NCBI GenBank assembly: GCA_035703635.1
Contig: DASSXV010000005.1
Location: forward strand, 10,065 to 74,064
Source of the DNA: Trueperaceae bacterium
Lineage (GTDB): Bacteria; Deinococcota; Deinococci; Deinococcales; Trueperaceae
Length of the DNA: 64,000 bases
Direction of reading: 5' to 3'
In this document: positions 26,531-37,284 of the stretch, one piece after another
Numbering within the stretch: the stretch's first letter is position 1
Layout of the letters: every line of letters starts with the position of its first letter
Notes under the pieces: model-generated
What the model was told of the DNA's origin: nothing
The model's input: only the letters and a program-made list of their open reading frames with translations
The model's database searches: none
Position numbers and translations under genes: made by a program

Positions 26531-27348
26531 CGAGCGCAGTACCAGAGATCTCGGTCATAGTGCCAACGCACAACCGCCGCACCCTCCTAGAACGTAAACT
26601 CCGGGCCCTCGAGGGTGAGGAGGTCGCCTTCGAGGTGGTGGTGGTCGCCGACGCATGCAGCGACGATACCGAACGCTTTCTCGCGCGCTTCCAGCCGAGC
26701 TACCCGTTGTCGTGGGCGACCGCTCCAGGCAAGCACGCCGCTTACGCCCGCAACCAAGGCGCACGCATGGCGCGCGGTGACGTGGTGCTATTCAGCGACG
26801 ACGACATGATCCCGAGGCCCGGATGGCTGGCCAAGAACCTCGCCCTGCACGAGCTACCCGGCCGCGTTGGGGTCAGCCGCCAAGTGTTGCCGCCTCACCT
26901 TGGGCACGGCGCGACTCTCAGCCGCACCGCGGGGTGGTGGCAGGCGCCAGGTGGATCGTTGAGCATGCGCGCTGACCTGTTCGCGGCAGTCGGCCGCTAC
27001 GACGAGTCGTTCTCTGGCTACGGCGGCGAGGACGCCGACCTCGGCTACCGCCTCAAGCAGGCGGGTGCGGACTTCAGGTTCTTGCCTGACGCGGTCGTCG
27101 AGCACTGGGACGAGCACTTCGACGCCGACTTGGAGGCCAAGGCGCGCTCGGCCGGAGCGGCTCACGTGCGGGTGTGGCGCAAGCACGCCACCCCGGAAGT
27201 GGCCTGGGCGCTGGGTGTTCACCCGCTGATGCTTGGGGCGAAGCGGGCGCTGCTTGCGTTGCCACTTGGACTCCTGGTGGGCCGTGAACGATACCGCTAC
27301 GAAGTCGCCTACGCCCAAGGCGCACGCGACGCCATCAACGGAAGGTGA
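26527..27348 (+). CDS. Glycosyltransferase family 2
   Basis: SVIVPTHNR, ARNQG, FSDDD, GGEDADLGYR. Confidence 0.9.
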   Translation: MTSAVPEISVIVPTHNRRTLLERKLRALEGEEVAFEVVVVADACSDDTERFLARFQPSYPLSWATAPGKHAAYARNQGARMARGDVVLFSDDDMIPRPGWLAKNLALHELPGRVGVSRQVLPPHLGHGATLSRTAGWWQAPGGSLSMRADLFAAVGRYDESFSGYGGEDADLGYRLKQAGADFRFLPDAVVEHWDEHFDADLEAKARSAGAAHVRVWRKHATPEVAWALGVHPLMLGAKRALLALPLGLLVGRERYRYEVAYAQGARDAINGR

Positions 27349-27357
27349 CCTAAAGCG

Positions 27358-28395
27358 ATGAGCGAACTAGCGATAGGCAAGCTGCTCAACCAGATCTTCG
27401 AGGGTGAGACCCTAAGCCGCGTCGAGGCGCGCAGCGTGCTCGGCAGGCTCATGGATGGGCAGCTCTCGCAAGTGCAAGCCGCCGCGCTCCTGGCCGCCTT
27501 GCGCATGCGCGGCGAGACGGTCGATGAGATAACGGGCTTCGCGGAGGCCATGCGCCAACGTGCCATCAAGGTGCCCGTGCGTCACGCGGGACCCTTGGTC
27601 GACACGTGCGGCACCGGCGGCACGGGCGTCGACACGATCAACATCAGCACCACCGCCATGTTCGTGGCGGCGGCAGGCGGCGCTCGCCTCGCCAAGCACG
27701 GCAACGTCGGCGTTACGCGCAGGTCGGGCTCGGCCAACGTCCTGGAGGAGCTGGGCGTCGACTTGGAGGCGAGCCCCGAGCGTCTGGCGGAGGGGGTCGA
27801 GGTGACGGGCATGGCGTTCGTGTACGCCCGGCGCTTTCACCCGGCCATGGGCTTCGTAGCCCCGATCAGGGCAGACTTGCAGGCTCGCACCATCTTCAAC
27901 AACCTGGGTCCACTTACGAACCCTGCAGGCGCCGACAGGCAGTTGATGGGCGTCTACGACCCGCGGCTAACTGAGACCCTCGCCGAGGTGCTGCGCGGCC
28001 TTGGCCTCACGCGCGCGCTCGTCGTGCACGGTGACGTCATCGACGACTTCACCGTCACCGGCCCAAGCAAGGTCACGGAGCTGGAGGCCGACGGCTCCCT
28101 GCACACTTACGTCGTTACTCCAGAGCAAGTCGGTTTGGAGCGCCACCACATAGGGGAGATCGCTGGCGGCGACCCCAAGACGAACGCCCGCCTATTGCGG
28201 GCAGTGCTCGCCAACGAGGCGGGTCCAGCCATGCGTGACGTGACCTTGTTCAACGCAGGTGCGGCCCTCTACCTGGCAGACAGGGCAGACAGCCTCGCTG
28301 GCGGGGTTGAACTGGCGCGCTCGGTGCTCGAGAGCGGCGCGGCGGCCCGCAAGCTCGAGGAGTACCTGGCCTTCAATGCGCGCCCAGCGGCCTAG
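27358..28395 (+). CDS. trpD: Anthranilate phosphoribosyltransferase
   Basis: DTCGTGG, NIST, KHGN, GPLTNPA. Confidence 0.95.
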   Translation: MSELAIGKLLNQIFEGETLSRVEARSVLGRLMDGQLSQVQAAALLAALRMRGETVDEITGFAEAMRQRAIKVPVRHAGPLVDTCGTGGTGVDTINISTTAMFVAAAGGARLAKHGNVGVTRRSGSANVLEELGVDLEASPERLAEGVEVTGMAFVYARRFHPAMGFVAPIRADLQARTIFNNLGPLTNPAGADRQLMGVYDPRLTETLAEVLRGLGLTRALVVHGDVIDDFTVTGPSKVTELEADGSLHTYVVTPEQVGLERHHIGEIAGGDPKTNARLLRAVLANEAGPAMRDVTLFNAGAALYLADRADSLAGGVELARSVLESGAAARKLEEYLAFNARPAA

Positions 28396-28491
28396 CCGCG
28401 CATGGGTACTCACTTGGCTTCCGCTTATACTCCGGGCGCTTGCGGCCGCTGCGAAGCCGGTGCCGCTGTCTCAACCCGTGGAGGAACGTAG

Positions 28492-29400
28492 ATGATTGTC
28501 GAGCAGAACAAGGCCAACGTCGCTGACCGTTTCAGGGGCGGCGTGATCATGGACGTCGTGACTGCCGAGCAGGCGCGCATAGCGGAGGACGCGGGCGCCG
28601 TAGCGGTCATGGCCCTTGAGCGTGTGCCTGCCGACATCAGGGTGGAGGGCGGCGTCGCCCGCATGTCCGACCCGGGGCTGATCGAGAGCATCATCAACGC
28701 CGTGGCCGTCCCCGTCATGGCCAAGGTGCGCATAGGGCACTTCGTCGAGGCCCAGGTGCTGCTCGCCTTGGGTGTCGACTTCATCGACGAGTCGGAGGTC
28801 CTCACTCCGGCCGACGACGCGTACCACATCGACAAGCACGCCTTCAGGGTGCCGTTCGTGTGCGGGGCCACCAACATCGGCGAGGCGCTAAGGCGCATCG
28901 GTGAGGGCGCCGCCATGATCCGCACGAAAGGCGAGGCAGGCACGGGCAACGTCGTCGAGGCGGTTCGCCACGCCCGCGCGGTGTTGGGCGAGGTGCGCGC
29001 GCTGCGGAGCATGCCACGCGAAGAACTGATGACCTACGCCAAGAACCACGGCGCCCCGTTCGACTTGGTCGAGTACGTTCACGAGCACGGCAAGCTACCC
29101 GTCCCGAACTTCGCGGCAGGCGGCATCGCCACGCCAGCAGACGCGGCGCTCATGATGCAGCTCGGAGTTGACGGCGTGTTCGTCGGCTCAGGCATCTTCA
29201 AGGCCGCCGCGGGCGAGACGGACAAGTCAAAGCGTCACGCCGCCTGGTTGCGCCGAGCAGAGGCCATCGTTAAGGCCACCACGCACTTCGACGAGCCAGC
29301 CATCATCGCCGAGGTGAGCAAGAACTTGGGCGACGCCATGGTCGGCATCAACATCGACACCCTCGCCCCTTCCGACCTGCTGGCTAGACGCGGCTGGTGA
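28492..29400 (+). CDS. pdxS: PLP synthase lyase subunit
   Basis: [42 protein letters not shown]. Confidence 0.97.
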   Translation: MIVEQNKANVADRFRGGVIMDVVTAEQARIAEDAGAVAVMALERVPADIRVEGGVARMSDPGLIESIINAVAVPVMAKVRIGHFVEAQVLLALGVDFIDESEVLTPADDAYHIDKHAFRVPFVCGATNIGEALRRIGEGAAMIRTKGEAGTGNVVEAVRHARAVLGEVRALRSMPREELMTYAKNHGAPFDLVEYVHEHGKLPVPNFAAGGIATPADAALMMQLGVDGVFVGSGIFKAAAGETDKSKRHAAWLRRAEAIVKATTHFDEPAIIAEVSKNLGDAMVGINIDTLAPSDLLARRGW

Positions 29401-29488
29401 AGTTCATCGCCGCGCGCAAGCAGCGCGCTGAGCGGCTGGCGTGGCGGCGTCGCGGGGCGGCCGCCTCAACTCATGAGGTATTGCTAGC

Positions 29489-31693
29489 ATGGTCGGCGTG
29501 AAGCTCGTTCAAGGCCTGTTCTTGCTGCTACTGACCGGCGTGCTGTCGATCGGTTCTCTGCTGGCATCATCGGGGCTCAAGTGGTCGCAGGAGCTACCTT
29601 CGCTCGAGAAACTAGACGCCCTTGAGTTCTCCGCCACCTCACAGGTGTACGCGCGCGACGGCGAAACCCGCATCGGCCTCATCGTCCCCGTCATGGGTGA
29701 GGGTCGCGAGTCGACTAACCGCATCCCCGTCAGCCTCGACGAGGTGTCACCTGCTGCCTTGCAGGCCATCGTCGCGTACGAGGACGACCAGTTCTACCGC
29801 CACTACGGCATGGACATCACGGCGTTCATGCGCGCCGTTTACGAGGAGTTCCTCGGCGACTCGTCGCGCGGCGGCTCGACCATCACGACACAGGTCATCA
29901 AGAACACCCTCCTCGAGGACATCCGGCTGGAGCGCTCGTTGGAGCGCAAGGTCAAGGAGATCATGCTGGCGCTCGAACTCGAGCGCCGCCTCACGAAACC
30001 CGAGATCTTGCAGCGTTACGTCAACATGGTGTTCTGGGGCGGCAACGTCTACGGTATCCGCTCAGCTGCCCAGACTTATTTCGGCAAGGACCCCATCGAG
30101 CTCAACTTGGCGGAGGGGCTTTACCTCGCCCGTCTGATCCCCGCGCCTAACGCGCGCCACGACGACTTCACCACCACGCGCCGCAGCATGCGCGAGGTGC
30201 TCGACAAGATGGTGCGGCAGGGGACGATCAGTTCCGAGATGGCCGATCGCGCCTGGCGTTACCCGCTCGAGCCGCTCGGTTGGGACGTGGTGTACGACGA
30301 TAAAGGCAACATCGTCACCGCCGAACGGACCGGCGTCGAGGTCGTGGTGCAGTCGAGCATCAGCTCCGACCTCTCGCGCGCGGTTCTGATTGCGGTGCGC
30401 AACTGGTTGACGGAAACGTACGGCGAGAGCGTGGTCTTCGGTAGGGGCGGCTTGCGGGTCGTTACTACCATCGACGTGCAGGCGCAGGTGGCGGCCAACC
30501 AGGCCAGCCTCACCGCCGAGATTCCGCCGGGAGCGCAGATGGCCATCGTCGGCATAGACCCCGGCACGGGCGCGGTACTCGCCATGGTTGGGCAGAAGCT
30601 GAGTCCAGACGCGCCGGCTGGCGAGTTCAACCGCGCAACCCAAGCGTTGCGGCAGCCGGGCAGTTCCTTCAAGCCGATCGTGTTCGCCACCGCCATCGAA
30701 CAGGGCGCCATGAACCAGGCAACCATCTTGGTCGACGAACCGACCGAGTTCTTGGCGCGCGGCCAGGCGCCATACGAGCCGAGGAACCACGACAAGCAGT
30801 TCGACGGCTACCAGACCATCAGGGCGTCTTTGAACCGCAGCCGTAACATCCCCGCCGTCAAGGCCCTCGAGGCGGCTAGTGCGGAGGCCGTGGCGGAGAA
30901 GTCGCGTGAACTCGGCTACGACGTCGCGCCTTACTACTCCCTGGCACTTGGCACGTTCGAGACGACGCCGCTGCAGCACACCGCAGCCATGGCCGCGTTC
31001 GCTAGCGGCGGAATCTACACTGAGCCTTACTTCATCGAGCGCGTAGAAGACGCTGACGGCAACCTGCTTTACCAGGCCGCGCCGCGCACCGCGCGAGTCT
31101 GGAGCGAAGAGACCGCCTACATCATGCTCGACATGATGCACGGCAACGTCGTCGATAGAGAGCCGGCATACGGCCTCTCGAACCGCGCCGTCATCCCAGG
31201 GCGCTGGGTGGCCGGCAAGACCGGCACCACTAACGACGAGGTAGACATCTGGTTCGTTGGCATGACGCCAGGGATGGTGGCCTCCGTGTGGATCGGCAAC
31301 GACAACTCGTCCAGCCTCCCAGGCAGCATGACGTTGTCTAGCGGCGGTAGCGATCAGGTGAACAGTTCGCGCCAGCCCATCTACATCTGGAACGACTTCG
31401 TCGAGGCCGCATTGCGGGGCAGGCCGGCAGCGCCGGAAGGCTTCCCCGTGCCTCCGGGCATAGCCTTCCATACCCTCGACCTCAAGACGGGCGCGGTCGA
31501 TTCAGGTGGCGTACGCGCCGCCTTCCGCGACACCGACCAGCTCTCGAGCACGGGCGTTGGCGGGGCAGTGAAGATTAAGCTGCCGATAGACACGGCCACG
31601 GGCCTCCGCGCCAGCGTCGACACGCCGGTCGACCGCCTGCAGATCATCGAGGTGGATCCGGCCGACGTCGCGAAGTACTTGGGAGGCACTTGA
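29489..31693 (+). CDS. Class A penicillin-binding protein (PBP1A family)
   Basis: EDDQFY, GGSTITTQ transglycosylase; GSSFK, SRN, KTG transpeptidase. Confidence 0.92.
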   Translation: MVGVKLVQGLFLLLLTGVLSIGSLLASSGLKWSQELPSLEKLDALEFSATSQVYARDGETRIGLIVPVMGEGRESTNRIPVSLDEVSPAALQAIVAYEDDQFYRHYGMDITAFMRAVYEEFLGDSSRGGSTITTQVIKNTLLEDIRLERSLERKVKEIMLALELERRLTKPEILQRYVNMVFWGGNVYGIRSAAQTYFGKDPIELNLAEGLYLARLIPAPNARHDDFTTTRRSMREVLDKMVRQGTISSEMADRAWRYPLEPLGWDVVYDDKGNIVTAERTGVEVVVQSSISSDLSRAVLIAVRNWLTETYGESVVFGRGGLRVVTTIDVQAQVAANQASLTAEIPPGAQMAIVGIDPGTGAVLAMVGQKLSPDAPAGEFNRATQALRQPGSSFKPIVFATAIEQGAMNQATILVDEPTEFLARGQAPYEPRNHDKQFDGYQTIRASLNRSRNIPAVKALEAASAEAVAEKSRELGYDVAPYYSLALGTFETTPLQHTAAMAAFASGGIYTEPYFIERVEDADGNLLYQAAPRTARVWSEETAYIMLDMMHGNVVDREPAYGLSNRAVIPGRWVAGKTGTTNDEVDIWFVGMTPGMVASVWIGNDNSSSLPGSMTLSSGGSDQVNSSRQPIYIWNDFVEAALRGRPAAPEGFPVPPGIAFHTLDLKTGAVDSGGVRAAFRDTDQLSSTGVGGAVKIKLPIDTATGLRASVDTPVDRLQIIEVDPADVAKYLGGT

Positions 31694-32622
31694 TGGTCAA
31701 CACCCTGGAGAACGAGACGTTGACGGCGGTGGCTGGCATCGCGGTTGGGCACTTCACCGACCTCGCCGCGCGCACGGGCTGCACGGTCGTGCTCACCCCG
31801 GAAGGGTGCGTCGCTTCAGGTGTTGCTCTCGGGCCGGCGCCGGGTACGCGCGAGTACGTGCTGTTGCAGCCTGACAAGACCGTGCCTGGGGTAGACGCCG
31901 TCGTCCTCACGGGAGGCAGCGCCTTCGGCTTGGCCGCCGCCGACGGTGTCATGGGGTGGCTGGAGGAGCAGGGTCGCGGCTTCGACACCGGCGTGGCCCG
32001 CGTGCCGATCGTGCCTGCGGCCGTGCTGTTCGACCTGGCCGTGGGTTCCGCCACGGTGCGGCCCGATGCCGCCGCTGGCCGCGCCGCCGCCGCTGCCGCA
32101 ACGAGCGCGCCGGTGGCGCAGGGCCGCGTCGGCGCAGGCACTGGCGCGACGGTCGGCAAACTGCGCGGGCCCGAGCTGGCTAGCGCCAGCGGCCTCGGCA
32201 GTCACGCCGTCAAGATCGGCGGGGCGGTCGTCGCCGCCATCGGCATCAGCAACGCGGTCGGCAACGTGGTTGACCCGAACACGGGCCGGGTCGTGGCAGG
32301 GTTGGCAGAAACTGTCGGCTTGGCAGCAGCCGAGGGGTTCGCGGCCATGCCAGGAACCAACACCACGTTGGTGCTGGTCGCAACCGACGCTCCGATCACT
32401 AAAGCGCAAGCTAACGCCTTGGCAACGAGTGCGCACATCGGCATCGCCCGCATCACGCGCCCGTCGCACACCGTTTTCGATGGCGACACCGCCTTCGTCG
32501 TCTCGACGGGCGCGGGCCCGGAAGTGCCGCTTGCGGCGCTATCGATCGCCGTGCAGGAAGTCGTTGCAGCCGCGCTCCTCAAGGGCGTGGCCGCCGGCGG
32601 CGCGGGCGACACAACAGACTAG
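31693..32622 (+). CDS. DmpA/P1 (S58) family aminopeptidase
   Basis: TGCTV, PGTRE, GGSAFGLAA, GAGTGA, NTT, DGD. Confidence 0.88.
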   Translation: MVNTLENETLTAVAGIAVGHFTDLAARTGCTVVLTPEGCVASGVALGPAPGTREYVLLQPDKTVPGVDAVVLTGGSAFGLAAADGVMGWLEEQGRGFDTGVARVPIVPAAVLFDLAVGSATVRPDAAAGRAAAAAATSAPVAQGRVGAGTGATVGKLRGPELASASGLGSHAVKIGGAVVAAIGISNAVGNVVDPNTGRVVAGLAETVGLAAAEGFAAMPGTNTTLVLVATDAPITKAQANALATSAHIGIARITRPSHTVFDGDTAFVVSTGAGPEVPLAALSIAVQEVVAAALLKGVAAGGAGDTTD

Positions 32623-32636
32623 GGAGTCAGAACAAC

Positions 32637-33182
32637 GTGAGCAACCTTTACCACCTGTCCGCCGGCCAGGCCGCCCCTGAGCTGGTCGACGCCATCATCG
32701 AAGTGCCTGGCGGTTCGTCCAACAAGTACGAGTACGACCCCGAAGTCGGGGTCTTCCGCCTCGACCGCGTGCTCTACAGCCCCATGCACTACCCCGGCGA
32801 GTACGGCTTCATACCGAGCACTTACGCCGATGACAACGACCCGCTCGACATCCTCGTGCTCATGAACCGGCCGACGTTCACGGGCGCCGTTCTGCGCGCG
32901 CGGCCGCTCGGCTACCTCGAGATGAGCGACGAGAAGGGCCGCGACCAGAAGATCCTGGCCGTCCCGGTCGACGACCCGCGCTACGACGGCAACCGCCACC
33001 TCGACTCGATCTCACGCCACCGCCTGCGCGAGATCGAGCACTTCTTCCGCATCTACAAGGAACTAGAGGGGAAGAAGACGGTGGTGGAGGACTGGCACGG
33101 CATGGACGACACCTACACGCTCATCCGTAACGCCATGGCCGCGTACCAGCGCAAGTTCGCTCAGCCGCCAGCAGGGGAGTGA
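32637..33182 (+). CDS. ppa: Inorganic pyrophosphatase (family I)
   Basis: NKYEY, LDRVL, YGFIP, DNDPLD, HFF..YKELE. Confidence 0.95.
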   Translation: MSNLYHLSAGQAAPELVDAIIEVPGGSSNKYEYDPEVGVFRLDRVLYSPMHYPGEYGFIPSTYADDNDPLDILVLMNRPTFTGAVLRARPLGYLEMSDEKGRDQKILAVPVDDPRYDGNRHLDSISRHRLREIEHFFRIYKELEGKKTVVEDWHGMDDTYTLIRNAMAAYQRKFAQPPAGE

Positions 33183-33192
33183 AGGCTCCCCT

Positions 33193-34356
33193 TCACTGTC
33201 CGACGCGGTAGATGATCCCCGAGTTGTAGTCGGCGATGTAGAGCTCGGCGTCGGCGTCCTCACCGAAGGTGCTGACGTTGAAGCCCGTCTCGAACAGGGG
33301 CGTGATCTCCCAGCCGCTCTCCTCGCTGGTCGTCCACACCCGCCCCGACGTGAAGTCGGCGAACACGTAGCGCCCGACTAGCGCCTCGACCGCCTTGCCG
33401 CGGTAGACGTACCCGCCCGAGATCGACGTGCCCCACTGCGGTCCGTGTGGGTACTCGACCACGGGCAGGGTGAGGCCGTCCTCGTCGCACGTGGAGGCGT
33501 CGTAGCAGTGGGTGGCCTCCATCACCTTCCAGCCGTAGTTCTCACCGCCTGGGGAGCCTGCTGGTTGGTAGTTGACTTCCTCGTACGCGTTCTGCCCGAC
33601 GTCCGCGATGTAGAGGTCGCCCGTCTCGTCGTCGAACGCGAAGCGCCACGGGTTACGTAGCCCGTATGCCCAGATCTCGGGCTTGGCGCCAGGCGTTGCC
33701 ACGAACGGGTTGCTGTCAGGCACGGCGTAGCCCTCCGCCACGGAGACGTCAAGTCGCAGCAGCTTCGCTAGCAGCGTGCCGAGGTTCTGGCCGTTGCCCT
33801 GGGGGTCGCCGCCGCTGCCGCCGTCACCTAGGCCAAGGTAGAGGTAACCATCGGGCCCGAAGGCGAGCTGGCCGCCGTTATGGTTCGCGTAAGGCTGGTC
33901 TTGCGTGAGGAGGACCTCCTCCGAACCGGCGTCGGCCCGATCCGGGTTGCCCGGTGTCACCGTGAAGCGCGAGAGCACGCTCTGGCCCTTGGCGCCCGTG
34001 TAGTACACGTAGAAGCGGCCACTGGCGCCGTAGTCGGGTGGGAACGCTAGGCCGAGCAGGCCGCGTTCCCCGCCGCTAGTTACGCGGTCGGCGATGTCGA
34101 GGAACGGTTCCTTGAGGAGCGCGCCGTCCTTGACGATGCGCACCGTGCCCCCTTGCTGCACCACGAACAAGCGGGCGTCGCCAGCGTTGGTGATGGCGAC
34201 GGGCTGCTTGAGGCCATCGGCGACCGGCACGAGGCGCTGCGCCACGGCCGACTGCAGGAGGCTGACGAGCATTAGGGTCAAGACGAGCGCCGTTAGGGCG
34301 CGGGCCGCGGGCGTTAAGGCGCGCCGCCTGCCTACTGTGACTTCCGGTTCTCTCAT
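33193..34356 (-). CDS. PQQ-dependent glucose/sorbosone dehydrogenase family, secreted
   Basis: GERGLLG, HNGG, FGPDGYLY, YGLRNPW, NYGW; signal peptide. Confidence 0.88.
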   Translation of the reverse strand: MREPEVTVGRRRALTPAARALTALVLTLMLVSLLQSAVAQRLVPVADGLKQPVAITNAGDARLFVVQQGGTVRIVKDGALLKEPFLDIADRVTSGGERGLLGLAFPPDYGASGRFYVYYTGAKGQSVLSRFTVTPGNPDRADAGSEEVLLTQDQPYANHNGGQLAFGPDGYLYLGLGDGGSGGDPQGNGQNLGTLLAKLLRLDVSVAEGYAVPDSNPFVATPGAKPEIWAYGLRNPWRFAFDDETGDLYIADVGQNAYEEVNYQPAGSPGGENYGWKVMEATHCYDASTCDEDGLTLPVVEYPHGPQWGTSISGGYVYRGKAVEALVGRYVFADFTSGRVWTTSEESGWEITPLFETGFNVSTFGEDADAELYIADYNSGIIYRVGQ

Positions 34357-34414
34357 GTGTCCAGGTTAGCGGCTTCGCACCATTAGGCTCGTGAGCGTTG
34401 GTACTGGACGGCGT

Positions 34415-35026
34415 TCACTCGCGCGGCTCGAGCGCCTCTGCTTCTGTGGCGTAACGCGGCAGCCACCGCTTCGTGATCTCCCGCAACTCCTCATCGCTCA
34501 GCCTCACCCGGTCGTACATGCCTGCCGCAAGGCGTTGGCGTTGCGCCTCGAACAAGATGACGGCGGCCGCCACGCTGACGTTCAAAGACTGCACCATGCC
34601 AAGCATGGGGATGATCACGTGCTCGTCGGCCAGTGCAGCGGCCTCGCTACTCACGCCTGCCTTCTCGTTTCCTAGGAGGAGGGCGCACGGTTGCGTGTAG
34701 TCGACCGCGCGGTAGTCGACGGCCTGTTGTGAGAGGTGCGCGGCGTACACGCGCATGCCGCGCGCCTTCAGCGCGGCTACCGCACTAGCTATGCCGTCGT
34801 GCACGACTAGTTCCACCCACTTGTCGGCGCTGGCGCTGGTGGCGCTGAAGGTGGCCACGCCGCCTGTCGGCCTCACCGCATGCACTGTGCCTATGCCTAC
34901 CGCGTCGCAGCTTCGGATCACGGCCGAGAGGTTGTGCGGTTTGTGCACCTCCTCGGCCAGTACCGTTAGGTCGGGTTGGCGTTTGGAGAGGACGTCGGAA
35001 ATGCGTTGCCTGCGCTGCAGGGTCAT
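34415..35026 (-). CDS. trmH: tRNA Gm18 2'-O-methyltransferase
   Basis: HKPHNLSAVIRSCDAVG, GNE..GVS, SLNVSVA. Confidence 0.93.
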   Translation of the reverse strand: MTLQRRQRISDVLSKRQPDLTVLAEEVHKPHNLSAVIRSCDAVGIGTVHAVRPTGGVATFSATSASADKWVELVVHDGIASAVAALKARGMRVYAAHLSQQAVDYRAVDYTQPCALLLGNEKAGVSSEAAALADEHVIIPMLGMVQSLNVSVAAAVILFEAQRQRLAAGMYDRVRLSDEELREITKRWLPRYATEAEALEPRE

Positions 35027-35075
35027 GGGGGAGAGGATAACCGCCAGCCGCCATGCGCAGGGTTAGCATTGACGG

Positions 35076-35567
35076 GTGTCTACTGCAGCAGTCAGAGAGT
35101 ACTTGAGGCGTTTCGGCAAGGCGGACGCCGTGATGGAGTTCACGGAGTCGAGCGCGACGGTCGCGCTCGCCGCCGAGAAGGTTGGGACTGAACCAGCGCG
35201 CATCGCCAAGACCCTCGCGTTCTACGACCCTGATGAGCCAAGGCGGGCCGTGCTCGTCGTGGCGGCGGGCGACGCTCGCCTGCATAACGGCTCTTTCAAG
35301 CGCGAGATCGGCGGCAAGCCACGGATGTTGGCTGCCGCTGACGTCGAGGCGTTGACGGGCCACCCAGTTGGCGGCGTCTGCCCGTTCGCTAACCCGGCAG
35401 GCACGCGCGTTTACCTGGACGAGTCGTTGCGGCGCTTCGAGACCGTCTACCCGGCGGCGGGGACGGCAGCGTCTGCCGTGCCGATGACCCTCGCAGAGTT
35501 GGAGCTGGCGGCGGCCGCCGTTGGCTGGGTGACGGTCACGAACGGGTGGCAGCCGGAGGAGGACTAG
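35076..35567 (+). CDS. YbaK/EbsC family aminoacyl-tRNA deacylase
   Basis: IAKTL, TGHPVGGVCPF, AAG. Confidence 0.88.
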   Translation: MSTAAVREYLRRFGKADAVMEFTESSATVALAAEKVGTEPARIAKTLAFYDPDEPRRAVLVVAAGDARLHNGSFKREIGGKPRMLAAADVEALTGHPVGGVCPFANPAGTRVYLDESLRRFETVYPAAGTAASAVPMTLAELELAAAAVGWVTVTNGWQPEED

Positions 35568-35579
35568 CGGGCGCCGTGG

Positions 35580-36749
35580 TCACCTGCCGATGCGGTAGAG
35601 GCTGCCGTCCTTGTAGTCCGCCAAGTAGAGCTCGCCGTTGGCGTCCTCACCGAAGGTCGTGACTTGCATGTGCGTGTTGCTGAAGAGCGGCGTGCGCTGC
35701 CACCCGCTCGCTGCCGAAGTGCGCCACACGTTGCCAGAGACGTAGTCGCCGAACACGTAACTGCCAACCAGGTCGGGCACGGCCGTGCCGCGGTAGACGT
35801 AGCCCCCGGTGATCGCCTTGCCGGTCGAGGGGCCGTGCCCGTATGTGAGGACTGGCAGGGTCAAGTCCGCGCCGTCGCAAGCGGGGGTCCGGAAGCAACT
35901 AGCGCCTTCCATGACGTTCCAGCCGTAGTTCTCGCCGCCGCCGGAAGCCGCGGGTTGCACGTCTAACTCCTCGAAGGCGGACTCTCCTACGTCGGCGATG
36001 TAGAGGTCGCCCGTCTCGCGGTCGAATGAGAAGCGCCACGGGTTGCGCAGGCCGTAGGCCCAGATCTCTGGCTCGGCACCTGGCGTGTTCACGAACGGGT
36101 TCGTGTCCGGCACCTCGTAAGGGCTAGCGCCGGAGACGTCTAGCCGCAAGATCTTGCCCCGCAGGTTGGAAAGGTCGGTGGCGGCTGCCCCTCCCTCAGC
36201 GCCGTCGCCACTGGCGATGTAGAGGAAGCCGTCCGGACCGAACGCCAACTCGCCACCGTTATGGAACGACGTTGGGCGCGGGATCTCGAGGATGACTGCT
36301 TCCGACGTGGCGTCCGCCACGTCTGGCGCGCCCGGCGCTACCAGGTACGAAGCGATGATCGTGGTGCCGTCCAGATCCGTGTAATTGACGTAGAAGCGGC
36401 CGTTGTCAGCGTAATTGGGGTCGAAGGCCAGCCCGAGCAAGCCGCGCTCGCCGCCCGTGGATACGCGCTCGGAGAGGTCGAGGAACGGCGTCGTGAGGAG
36501 CTGGCCACCGCGCACGACGCGGATGGTGCCGCCCTTCTCGGCCACGAACAGGCGATCGTCGCCCGCGTTGGCGATGGTGGTTGGCTGCAGCAAGCCGCTG
36601 ACGACCCGGTTCAGCTTGAGTTGCCCGCCAGGCGGCGGAGGCGGGCTGTCTGGCGGGCTGCACGAAGCCAACAGTGCAGCAATTGCAAGCGCGAGCGCGG
36701 CGAAACGTGTAGTTAGTAGAGGTGGCGCCTTGCGCCGGCGGCGTGACAT
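35580..36749 (-). CDS. PQQ-dependent glucose/sorbosone dehydrogenase family lipoprotein
   Basis: LASC lipobox, Pro linker, same GSDH motifs as 33193..34356. Confidence 0.88.
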   Translation of the reverse strand: MSRRRRKAPPLLTTRFAALALAIAALLASCSPPDSPPPPPGGQLKLNRVVSGLLQPTTIANAGDDRLFVAEKGGTIRVVRGGQLLTTPFLDLSERVSTGGERGLLGLAFDPNYADNGRFYVNYTDLDGTTIIASYLVAPGAPDVADATSEAVILEIPRPTSFHNGGELAFGPDGFLYIASGDGAEGGAAATDLSNLRGKILRLDVSGASPYEVPDTNPFVNTPGAEPEIWAYGLRNPWRFSFDRETGDLYIADVGESAFEELDVQPAASGGGENYGWNVMEGASCFRTPACDGADLTLPVLTYGHGPSTGKAITGGYVYRGTAVPDLVGSYVFGDYVSGNVWRTSAASGWQRTPLFSNTHMQVTTFGEDANGELYLADYKDGSLYRIGR

Positions 36750-36825
36750 GCGTTCCAGGATGCCACGCGCCGGCCCCCGGCAGTGAGTGCGCCGCACAAC
36801 TGCCCCAGAGTGTGACGTGCCCTCC

Positions 36826-37284
36826 CTACTCGCTGACGGTGAAGGTCAGGAATCCCTCGACGACGTGCGTGTCCACAGAGACGATGCGCCACATGACCAC
36901 GTATGTGCCAGCGCCAAGCGCAGCCTCCGGGGTGAGTTGCACGGTCTTGGTCCTACCACTACTTGGGTCGAGGGTGCTGACTACGGCGCGTTCGTCCGGC
37001 GCTTGCGACTCCATCACTTCGTCGACGAGGAGTTGAGCTAGGCCCTCGAGCTTGGCCGCGTAATCCGTGTCGCTAGGGTCAAGGTCGTTCGCGAGTCGGT
37101 AAAGCTTGAAGGTGGAGAAGCCAGCCTCCAGCTCCTCGGTGAAGCTGAGGGTGATGGCGGCTGGCGCAGCAGCCAGCACGCTGCCGTCTGCGGGGTCGGA
37201 CGAGTCGAGCGCGGCGTGCGCTAGTGCGTTTCCGAACAAGCCGACGACGAGCAGGACGGCGAGTGCGCTGATGCGGTTGGGCAT
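36826..37284 (-). CDS. copC: CopC family copper-binding protein
   Basis: Signal peptide then N-terminal His (ALA|HAAL..SDPADG); WRIVSVDTH. Confidence 0.85.
   Translation of the reverse strand: MPNRISALAVLLVVGLFGNALAHAALDSSDPADGSVLAAAPAAITLSFTEELEAGFSTFKLYRLANDLDPSDTDYAAKLEGLAQLLVDEVMESQAPDERAVVSTLDPSSGRTKTVQLTPEAALGAGTYVVMWRIVSVDTHVVEGFLTFTVSE

Noticed and set aside
28492-29400. pdxS without an adjacent pdxT
   Set aside because: pdxT may lie elsewhere in the genome; cannot be judged from this window
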